Positions 25,701 to 36,800 of a stretch of DNA of 43,285 nt are shown here, piece by piece (within the stretch, counting starts at the first letter, position 1; each line of letters opens with the position of its first letter). The notes beneath the pieces were generated by a model. It had not been told where the DNA came from. It made no database searches and saw nothing but the letters and a program-made list of their open reading frames with translations. The translations under genes were made by a program, and so were the position numbers. Source of the DNA: Catajapyx aquilonaris (lineage: Eukaryota); the NCBI GenBank assembly GCA_000934665.2, contig KZ538007.1:124001-167285 (forward strand), given 5' to 3'.

Positions 25701-27898
25701 AGTTGCACGGCAGTTAAAATAGTAGGGGTCACATATCCTGCGGGGCCGTAAAAAACATCGTTGGGGGGGTTGGGGGGAAGGGGAACTGGCCACCACAGTG
25801 GAGCTTAGATCAGGAAACTGTCGTTTCTGAACGGTGAATTTTCAGTGCAACCCTCGCAAGCAGAAAAAGCCATTGGAAAGCGTCGTAAAGCACGCATGGA
25901 AGTCGATGGCTCATCAAAGTCAACGGGTATACGCCCTCTGGATCTCTAGGCCTAGCAAAAGGAGAGGAAAACTCAACTCGGCTGCCACCTTCTTTGGACT
26001 TTTCCCTGCGCCAAATGCCCCCTTCAAAATCCACTCCAGCTCTTTTCTCAAGCGTCCTGCTTAGCTCTTTTATCTTCCCTTGCCTCTTCAACGATACTTT
26101 GCCTCAACCTGCTTTAAGAGCGCCCATTTTTTCCCCTCCTCTCCTAGTTACTTTTTGCCACAGGCAAACTGCGAAAAAAATGGTGGATCAATGAACAAGT
26201 CCAACAGACTACCCATTCTTTGCATTAAAGCGGCCAACAATCCAGGGCCAACAAATTAATTTGCAGAGGCGCAGTGTAAATAACAGATTGTTTATGCACA
26301 AACTCATAAGCCGTACCACTGAGGTGGGGAGTGTGGACATTCAAAATGGAACAGTACATGGGCTCGCCACACCAGCTAAATTAATATTAACGCCTCAACT
26401 TTGAGGTGGAGTTTGCGCAGCTTGTACCTTGGAGGCTTCCACAGGTAATGTTTCTGCTTAAATGATTGAAGAATTAACTTTGGATTTGCATACTGTGGTC
26501 TAATGCGGATTACATAGTTGTTGTGAATGTGAAGTGGACCCACACTCTAAGTCCAACATTGAATATTCTTTGTGAAAGTCAGTTAATTACTGACTGAAAG
26601 TATAGCTACTTTGCAACACACGGATGTGAAAACTGAATATAGAGTCAAAATGGAACGATGTCGACATATGAGCGTTTGAAGTGTGGAAATTCATGACCCC
26701 TTATGAGATTTAAAAAAAACATGTCTCAAGGATTTAGCAAAAAACTGACTCGATCATCACAAAGTCAATGACTAGAATTACTACAATACACAATGCCTAT
26801 CACTCGACTATGACTCGAATAGTTTTTAAACTCAGGTCTTCAATTCTCCAAAACAGACACGTTTTCTAAGATATTATGTCAGATCAGTGTCATCAAGAGG
26901 TTTTCAAATGCAAATCTGCCTTGTCGCATCATATCCATGCAAAATATTGTTTACCCTTTACCCTTCTACCTCCCTCAGTCACCATAACCTGGGTCCTGCT
27001 CCTACATTATTCTTGAAAAGCGGAATTTTGTGTCCGTCCGATTCTACACAGTGGTTAATGTTTTCCTCCAAGAGGCGATTAGGCTGCACATCACAAGCCC
27101 TAAAATTTCGCGTCACAATACTTCACCCGCCTTATGTAACGCCGAGTAGACCCCACAGTTTAATGCACCATAACTCCTTGGAGCAGACGACCGGAGAGAA
27201 GGCTTGATGGTGGGTGAAACCTCCAGTATCTCAGAATCGTTACATTGTACCTCACCGAGCCTGATTTTGCTTTATTTGCTTAAAACATTGACGAAAATTT
27301 GATTTAATGAAATTTGCTGCTTATTAACAAGGCTCTGTCTTGACCACCTTTAATCACGGGATGGCACTCATAAGCCTTTAATTTGTACAGCTTCATTTTT
27401 ATAAAAAAGTTGAACTGTAGCAGTGTGGCTGGAAGTGGCCAATAAAGGGAACTGCTCCAGAAGACTCTGTGGGGAGTCCGGAAGGCCAGTCAATTCTTCA
27501 AGATGTGTACAAAGAAGGCCCGGAGGATGGAGATCACATGGAGCATGAATCCAGGCTTTTCTACCCTTTTGGGTGGAACAAAGGAGGGGCGGCGAGACCA
27601 GGAGGTTGGTTGAGAGGCCCATCTTTTGTCAGGAGTACACCAAGTAGTTACGCCATTTTCTGTCTTGGCAGCGACCTCTCTGAGGGAGACAAATCCAATT
27701 GACGGCTGCTTCCGGCACTGGCCACTTTGTTCTTTTTCTTTAGTCGGTTGCGCCAGAAAAGTAGGAAGTCCCTGACACAGTGACACTCATCCTTAACAGA
27801 CTACTTGTCTTGTTCCGCGCTCTACAAAATGGCTTCCTCCGCGGGGGCTGGAGATAAGGTTACCAGATGCCCGGTAATCTGGCAACTTGGATGGGTCG

Positions 27899-27938
27899 CT
27901 TCTTTCAGGGTTGGAGATAACAGTAAAGCACTGGCGCA
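27899..27938 (+). pseudogene. Decayed partial duplicate of the acceptor and first 30 nt of exon 28171-28345 (pseudo-exon)
   Basis: ctctttcag|ggttggagataacagtaaagcactggcgca versus ctcttttcag|ggttggagataagaatgaggcactggtgca: 25/30 exonic nt identical without gaps, plus a matching acceptor. Confidence 0.75.
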
Positions 27939-28170
27939 GTGCTTGGAAAGAGGGACAGAGATTGTGCGACGTCATATTTATGTTACAGGAGGTGAATGCC
28001 TTTTTGAGCACTGGTATAGCCATATTTTGTTCCATCAATTGACGTTTAGAAATTCTTAATACCTGTGTGCTCATACTGAATTAAGTAACTTTGGCGATTT
28101 GACACCATTTTCATACTCTCCTTGCAGGTAATCTTCCAACTTCTGCTCACAATGTGACTTCTCTTTTCAG

Positions 28171-28345
28171 GGTTGGAGATAAGAATGAGGCACTGGTGCA
28201 TCTTATGTTTGGTGCTCGTGATAGCAGCTGCCGTGGGAGTAGGAGTGGGGCTACCTATGGCGTTGAGTTCAGACGCCAACGCCTCACCCCGTGAACGGAT
28301 GGAGTTAGCCAAGAGAGTCCTCAGGGAGGTGCCACTTGTGGATGG
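28171..28345 (+). CDS. Coding exon of a membrane dipeptidase (peptidase family M19, renal dipeptidase/DPEP-like): hydrophobic anchor or signal segment plus start of catalytic domain
   Basis: Acceptor gacttctcttttcag| and perfect donor GG|GTAAGT at 28346. The 175 nt are 2 + 57 codons + 2: (G)LEIRMRHWCILCLVLVIAAAVGVGVGLPMALSSDANASPRERMELAKRVLREVPLVD(G). The hydrophobic stretch followed by A..VL.EVPLVDG matches the M19 N-terminal PL(I/V)DGHND zinc-ligand motif; HND would lie in the next exon. Not listed in the supplied ORF track. Confidence 0.9.
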
Positions 28346-31300
28346 GTAAGTACTCTGATTTCCACTGGCATAGTTTAACTTCGCCTTAACACCTCGCGAA
28401 ATTAATCAAAATGCCAATGTTTGATCCCGAGAGCATTAGAGTGCATTCAGGCAAATTATTATATTTACGCAAATTAGGGTACTCAGGCGCACTTGTGCCC
28501 CTTCGGTCAATTATAACTCAGTATTGTGACGTCGTTGCCATGAAAATGAAACGCCAAGCTTTACCTTTTATCTTTGTCTTATTCCTTCACTGAAAGGAAT
28601 GAATACACATTTCCAGGTCTTGTTCCTTCCTCATTCCAAATGGGACTATACGATGCTTTTGTTCTGCGTTAATTGGCTAAACAAAGGATACTCAATTTTG
28701 CTACAAACAAAGGAGAGTTAATGTTCCATACCATGCTGATTCTTGGTGATAGAGCCTCAGGCTCTGCAAAGTTGCTGATTTTTTTCTTCGGCGATCTTTT
28801 CTCATGATCCATAATATTACCTTTCAAACCCTAAGGAGGCACCTATTCATAGTTCTTAAAATATTTTTCTTGGTATTTTGCATTGTTTCACTTTCGCATT
28901 TCCTGTATGCCAGCTAGTTTTGTGTACTCAGTCCCAAACACCCCCGTACTTCTCTAAAATGAAACTACATAGGGTGTATCTATCTCACTGAAATGGAAGT
29001 CAGGTCAGAAGGGACTTAATCATTTTGCAATTCACTGAATGGTGCGGATCTTGGACATGCCTTTGGACGTTTCAGAATGATTTTATTTAGCGGCAGGCTT
29101 GATACCAAATGAGGCGGAAGCTATTTTGCATCTGAGGCGGAGACGGCAAGGAATGAATCATCTTTCAGGAAGCTTGGGAAAATATTCCGCATCCTTTGCA
29201 ATGTAGACTATTACGATTTTGGAAGTTTTCGACTACGACTTGCAGGATTTTAGAGCTTTTTTTGCTGCGGTCGTAACGAAGAATAAAGCTACATGCAAAT
29301 CATTTCCAAAGATACGAGAATTACTTTAGCTCAGGGATATTTCTAGGTGAAATATATGCAATTTTTTGATCCACGAAATTTGGGTCCTAGGCTATAATTA
29401 TATATTGTCATGTTTATCTGTTTCCAAGAGCACCTTTTATTTAATGATAAGAATCTTGGGTCAAAACACACCTTTTGACCTTTATACCTTACTAGAATAC
29501 TGATAGTTGTATGGAACGATAATACGTCTGCTGAACTTTTTTGACGTTGTAAATAACTAAGGGTGGTACTAGTACAATAAGCTACTTTTTACTACAGTAT
29601 TTTAGTATGGTGACATTATTCCATAATTTACAGTAACTCCAGAAGGGCAACAGAACATATCTATTGGACATCAATATAATTATTTTTTAAACAAAATTAA
29701 GTTACCCCACTCTCATTCCCTTCATTTACTTTCAGTTACGTTTCACTAAACACTCAAAATAATAAGCAACTAATTGAAAGCGGCATGGGAAGACCCTAAT
29801 CGGATCCCTAAAAAAATTGAACGAGGTTGCTACCTCCAGGAGAGTACGGGTAAAAGAAAAGCAAAAGGGGAAGGAAAAAAAGAGGGAGGAAATAGGGGGA
29901 AGGGTGGGAGGCGGCTCGGGGATTCTTCAAAATGAAAATTCTCTGCGCGTTTCTTTCCCGAGCAATTACTCTGCTGGATTATCTGGGGAATGAGTCTGGC
30001 TCCTTCTTTCTCGCCGCACCGCTACATTCTTAAGCCCCCTCTCAGAATTCCTCATTTACAGTTTGCACTCTTACTCCAGCTATACCCATCGGCTTCCGAG
30101 ATGAGGAATTTTGAATCCAGACGTCCCTCCCGCTCCATATTTTCGACTTAATTAAAGACCCCTCCCTGCCTTGTCCGACCATCTCCTGTAAAGTTGCCAG
30201 GGAGTTTTCAACGCCTCGTGTCTCGTGAAAAGAGAGGCCTACGAGTTGGGATACTTTCCGAATCAGCGGTCTTTTTTAAGGTTATATAGAGAGTATTTTT
30301 CATTGATAAATTTTTGGGCTAAAAGTTTTTGATGGTTAAATAGTGAGGGGTTACCTACACCTTGATGGGGAGAGACCACAACATTCTTCTAGAAGATAAT
30401 CCGCCAACATTGGTTTGATCTTTGCATTACTTAGCAGCAGCTGACCTAGTTTGATATACACATCACTGTCATATATTCTTACTAACAGTATATAGTGACC
30501 CATAGTAAAATTTTGCTCTTTATGTGTAGAAGTTATGTGACTGTAGTCTACTTCATTTCAATTATATTAAATTATGCTTGTTTCGCTTTTACTGTCAGTA
30601 CCCCGGTACTTGGTTTGTGCATCAGATACCGGCTCGTTAATAAATGCTGGGTCCACACGAGCCACTTTGGTGACGGTCGCTTCGTTCACACCGACCGCAT
30701 TTTCCGTCTCGTGGTACACATGCTTGCCTTGTACGTACAGTACAATATTATCTGCATGCAAAGTTAGGTATATGCAAAGAGGACGAGTGGAAAATAATTT
30801 AATTCTCATCCGTCTCTCTTATTTGGATCAAAAGTTGAACACTCGGCACTGTATAACATGGCCACACACGCCCCAACATCATGATGCGTAAGGAGCGGAG
30901 AGAGCTCCGACCATAATGACCACATCAATGAGGACCTTCCATGAAAATAATGACCAACTATACACATTTGAAAGAGTTTTTTTGTACATTTGCCACAACT
31001 AAAGCTTGTGTAATGTAGGCTACGTGTAATTTATTAATATTGTTAAATCACGTTTCTGCGATGTATACTGTACTGTACATCAAGGCCTCTGATCCCCACC
31101 TGTTTACGTGAAATATTACAGTAGTATCAAAGTCTGTTATTATTTTGACTGATTCTCTATTCGCATCGGGTCCAAGCAGTCACCGCCATCCTAGTAAGGC
31201 GCTGCCATCTGGAGTATCCCTGGTTCTGAACGTCGTTCAGATTGTGTTACTCCTCTAATATATGCTAATAGTTCATCACGTAGAGTCCGAAAGCGAGTAG

Positions 31301-33799
31301 ATCTATTGTTGATATGAAGAAAACGGCAAAAAAGTAGGTGGGATTCCATTTGGCAATAATCCAAAGATAAGATTTATGATCCCTTGTATGCATCCATTTT
31401 CGTTACTTGCGACCCCATTATGCTTTGTCACATGATTTGTCTGGTTCAGATCCCATCGCCTCAAGAACACCGACTATAAAACACTTTCCCCAAGACAAAT
31501 GCTGGACCATGTAGACCATTTCAAATTGAAAATCTCCAGCGTGAAATGACTCCAGGAAACATTTTGGCTTTTCCTCTATAGAGTGAGAGAGCAAATTCTG
31601 CGGACAGTGTCGCTGTGTTTTGCCTCCCCCTTTTACCCCAACCCTGATTGCAAGCAAGCCGAGTTGGCGACGCTACTTAGGCGCTGATTTATAGGCAGCG
31701 ATTTGCCCCTGCTGAATAAGGTCGTCGCTTTCCGTCTCCTAAAGCCATCGTTTGCACAATGCGAGTTCACAGTCCCCTGGTAAGAGAGGGGGTCCAATGA
31801 AAAGGGAGTCCGCGTAACAAAGCTGGTCCAGTTATCAAAAGGACATTAGGGTCTACCCTCTTTGGTCCAATCATGGCCTCACTCCATTTTTTGGCGGGTA
31901 CTTGTCCAAAAGCCACTTTTATCAAACGACAGCAATCTTTTCCGTAGCAGCGATCTCTCCTACTTAGCACCCGGGCGCGATTTAGCTCCCATTATCCCCG
32001 TTCATGCTGCAAATAAAGCAACTTGCCTTTCGTTAGCGCTTTACAACTCCCTAGGCAACCCTTTACAAGGCCCTTTAGAAGCTCAGAAACGTCAAATCAG
32101 GTCGTTAAAGGCGAATTTCCTCCAGGAAGCGAGCGGGATTTGGTCCTTATTTTGGGCTCTGGAGACGATGGGAGTTTCGGCTGGGGTAGTAGGGGGGAGG
32201 GGTGGGGGGTTAGAAGAGGAGATATGTCTCTAGAGGGATTCTCTTCCCGAGTGCGTGCGTCGGATTGTTCCCCAGATTCACTCATTTAAATATCCGCCGC
32301 TAAAAAGGAGCCAAGGCGCCAACCCACCCCACACAGAAATTTCTACTAGCACACTACACTGGGGAATACCCGCAGACTTAATTCCGACTCTTGCCAGGGC
32401 CCCAACTCTATTACAACTTTCCGTTGCAATTGAAAATTATTCTGCCAACTTTGTCCCATACACAGGAGAATGAATTTTACTTCCTCTAGCATTAAAGTAG
32501 CCTTGCTCCATGCAGCAGTGCTCGAGTCAGGACCTGACCGATGTTAACGATATATTCTGGTACCGAGGGGGGGGGGGGGGGGCTGAGGATCTATATCACC
32601 TTTGAAGCTGGCTGATCACCATTTATCAAGTCGGTTTATAACAAATGTAGATTTCAGGGGATGCGGATGCAGCGGTTTCGATTGGATGTCGCTACATTGG
32701 ACCATTTTACGTTTTTCAGATAAGTTACACCTACACTGAAATTAGCTTGAACCGAAGACATTCAGATTCAAGGTAGTTAAAAATAACTGGTTAATATGGT
32801 ACCACATTATGTAGACCCTCTTTAAAAACTTGCTACCTTCTACTCTGGGATCGCCTCTGATACCTGAGTGACAATTTCGGTGCATCAAAAAGTAAAATCA
32901 TTGTAGCTTGATGATTAGGAATGCTCGTTATCCTGAAAGTTTTGACAACGTTCTCTACAGTATTCGTGACCAGGCATTTGCACCAGGAACAAGGATGGCC
33001 GAGTCATAATGAAAATGTATCCAATTAGAGACAGTCACCATTTGCACGCATGGTCATGAATGTAGAAGCAGCAGGCTCTTCATGACTCTTACCAACGGTT
33101 CTCTAAAAATTTAATTTGTCCCATTGCCGCATTGTTGTTTTTTTTGGTATTCTAACAATGATCCATTATTTTTCGTAAAAACTGACACTACTCACGTACC
33201 TAATAAAATATTTTATGACATGACATGTCTAAAATTCACGCCCTTATTTTTATGCACAGTTGAAAAATTTTAGTTGCAAAATAGTCTGAAGCTACAAAAA
33301 AAAATCAATTCGTATTCCCTAGCCAACACTACGCAACGTTTCAACGTGTTATCCCCGTTGTAGTGCACCTAATGATACATTTTAAATGAAAATCTGCATA
33401 AAGTAATGAGGTTTACGCCGTACAGTTAAAGAGCGAATAGCCACGTGCTTGTTTTAAATGACCGTGACAGGAGGCGGAAATGACTTCATGATTGCAACTT
33501 GTCTCGAATGGCCACACCTATTGTCGAGTTTAGACCGTGTCAAAAAAGCGGGACAGAATAGTTCTGACATGCATCACCCCCCGAGCTCTATTTGACACAG
33601 CCTAACACGTTCATAACAATGGAACTCGGGCCTTTGCTGCGGCTCTTCACAGAGCTCCCTCCCCACCTCTCTATTCCTCTCTTTATCGTGAGTTTCCAAC
33701 TCATCGGGCGCATCATCCACATCAATAGAATCTGCACGTAATCAGAGCTCATCACACTGCGCATGCACAAACCAAAATGGAGTCCAACCTGTTGTACAC

Positions 33800-33811
33800 G
33801 CCGCCATTTTG
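33800..33811 (-). promoter_or_regulatory. Full YY1/Pho consensus site
   Basis: gccgccattttg is the reverse complement of CAAAATGGCGGC. A further aaaatggcggc lies at 34640-34650. Confidence 0.3.
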
Positions 33812-36800
33812 AGTGGTGAGAGAACTCTGTATGCAAAGGATTTTTAAAAATCTTTAAGTAATAATGAAGAAGTTGATGCAGATACGACGATGCCTAAACA
33901 TTTAATGTAACGTAATATCCAATCCAACTTTTCTCAGATAATGGGCTTTTTGAGCCACGTTGAAAATCGATGCCTCATAGTCTTATATTGTCTTACTTTC
34001 TAAGAATATGGTGAGTTCAGGAGAGCAGGAGAGGGTGTTTCTTCGGAGTTTACCATTAAAGAAGCAATCATAATCTGCATTTTCTATATGACACCATCAT
34101 GCAGTACATTAGAGAAGCAAAGTTAATACGCATCTCATTATCTAGTCTTACGGGAATCAATAATTACAATGGCTCTGAAGCATGTGTTTGTTTTTCAAGT
34201 AGTCTGAACTGTTTTAGCTTTAAAATCAATTGGACCATCACATTATAAGTTTATAACAAACTATAGTGAGCGTATAAGCAACTGATCATAGCTCTCGGAT
34301 CATTATGTGCATACAAGCAAAATAATATTGTCCTTACAACCCATTTCTCGTACAGTTGCATCAAACAGAGTTGTAACATAAACATTGTCACAATTGTAAG
34401 CCCCTAGTCCTTTTCCCTCTCCTTTCCCCTCCCATTTTTCACTTTTCCCCTCATCCCTGTTGCTAGGCAGCAAAATAGATTTCCACACAAATCCTAAATA
34501 ATGGGAAAAACCAGTATAAACCAACCAATTTGGTCCCCTACTCACATCCCTAAACTCTTGTCTATGACCTCTCATAATACCCAATTTGGTGTCATTTTTT
34601 AAAAGTCTTGTTAGAAGGTGTGACACCTTGAGGCAGTCAAAAATGGCGGCTCATTCCACAAACCCTACCTAAAATTGAAACGACACTGATCAACTAAAGA
34701 GGCTGATTTTTGTCCGAATTGAGATCAAAAGCAGGCCATTTCAACTTGATGAGCCCCCACGTTTCTAGGCCTACAGCCTAAAATTGGCGCCCAACCTGTT
34801 GTGCCCTCCCTCTTACGAGAGTCATAGGTCGGAAAGCGGAGATCCTTAGTAGGCTAGGTTCTCCATTTCCTTCCTCCATTGATGCCGATTGACTTGGAGC
34901 ATCGGAAGGGTCACCTTTCGGAAGGGCTTTGACGACCGCCTGCCCCAACTCAAACTCTTACTTTCGCCTTCACGCCATGATTTCCCTAGGGGAACTTGGA
35001 AGGTATAGGAACCACCCCCATTGGACACTGCTGGAAAATCCCGAGGGCAAGGCAGGACCCGGAGAATTGAGGTTAGGGAAAGAAGAAAAGGAAAAGGGAA
35101 GAAAGGCAGAGCCAATTGGATCATGCCACAAAAGAGGAGTCATAGGGGACAGCTTTTGCGGATTTTTTTTGGAGGTGTTTCAGATCCGATTTACGCATCG
35201 CCTGAAGATGTACTGTAGCTACATTAATCGCTTATTTAACCTGCCTTGCTCAGTGTGGTGGCGAGATTACAATATCAGTAGTTAGTATCCTCCGGCACCC
35301 GTACAGATGGTAGTGGAGGATCAACATGAAATAATATCCGTTCTAGCCCGGTAGACTGTACACGCTGCAGGCCCATATGTAATTTATTCCAAATCCGTAC
35401 AAAAAACAGGTTACCGTTCTGGCCTAACACTGCATGATGTGATCGATACTATGATATGTGGCGTAGAAGGCAAATGGGCCGCCTTAATTAAATTTGTATT
35501 CCAATCATTGGAATTGCTTTGTTCGGAATATTCCACCAGTTATGTTGTTGCACCTGGACGAAAAATTGGTCGTTCCGCAATTGCATTTTGGCGACGTGTC
35601 ATGATCAACATGTCTCATAAAATGATGAGAGTAAAGCAGTATTGTTGCAAAATTGAAATCAATCTCGTTGGTCGAGTGTGATTGCCAAGTAATTGCATCG
35701 ACAAAGCCATGTCGATAATCTAGAGTGCCAATTTATTTGCGTTTCTACACAGTTTCTCTAATTAGGACACGGGAATGATGCTTTTTTATTCTGAAAATGC
35801 ACACTTTTTGATTGCACTGATTGGCAAACATTGCGCTTACCCCCCAAAATAATCAAAGTTAAAAAAAAACACATATGAATAACCAGTCATGTTTTGATGA
35901 AATGGGTTACTGTATTGGACACATACAGTAAAGTCAGTTGTCTGCCACAGCAATTCTTATTTGAAAGAAATGCAACCCAACAAATTCTCATTGGCAACTT
36001 TAAAATCATTCCAATGTTAGTCTGATCGTTCCGAATTTCAGGTCTTCATATCGATCAGAACCGTCCTTCAAAAGAGGCGAATAAATGCAAAATAGAATGC
36101 GAGTACTTCTGACGAGAATATGTAACATTCACTTGTGAAATATGTATGACAATATTACGAAGGAGGAGGAATGGAGCACTTTGAACGGATCGTTAAGTTT
36201 TATTCCGAACATGTTTCGGGTGAATCTGCTCTAGTGTCATTTAGTCAGAGAAGCTACCTTCGACCTCCCATGCTCCCCACCATTACCTCCCTCTCCTCCC
36301 CCCCTCCCTCGATTCCTTTTTTTTTCTAAATATTACCAGTGACAGCATGATAAGCGTATCAGGAAATATGAAAGTGGGATCGCCAAATAACCTCTTGAAA
36401 ACCTATAAAAATCGGGTAGTCGGCTCTTGGCACGTTTCCCAACTTTCCCGCCTTCCCCCTCTCCCCACCTTCTTCCCTCCAACCTCCATCTTCCTTCACG
36501 AAAAGTGCACATCCTAAAAGTCGCAATTTACAAACTAGTTTTGATCCGGCTGACACAAAGTTGAGAATGTCCACTACTTAGGACCAGAAGAGCATGGGGA
36601 ATCCGGCATTTTCTGTAGGACCCAAGGGGGCATACAGGAAGGTAGGGGCGATTATTAAACCTTTGCGTGATTCAGCTGCAGACTAGGCCCTTTTAGCTTA
36701 TAGGTCCTATAGGGGGATAGTGCAGAAGGGTTTTCCTCAAAGGCATAAAATGCCAGGGCCCATAAGATGCCATGTGGACACCACCGCACGTTCTCAGTCA

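Larger units (their letters stand above)
17645..28170 (+). other. Phase-1 GT-AG intron (~10.5 kb) of the M19 dipeptidase gene
   Basis: Bounded by GTATGA (17645) and ttttcAG (28170); the flanking exons join in frame. Confidence 0.75.

Noticed and set aside
30567..30809. Minus-strand frame (NIVLYVQGKHVYHETENAVGVNEATVTKVARVDPAF...) with a branch-point-like CTAAC and acceptor; possible nested gene exon
   Set aside because: No convincing donor, no recognisable family and no partner exons found. It contains a TACAGTA word typical of the non-coding DNA here. A BLASTX search would settle it.
10469..31699. Identical 15-mer TGATTTATAGGCAGC at 10469 and 31685 (Exd/Hox-like TGATTTAT)
   Set aside because: One or two exact 15-mer matches are expected by chance in 43 kb, and the flanks do not align.
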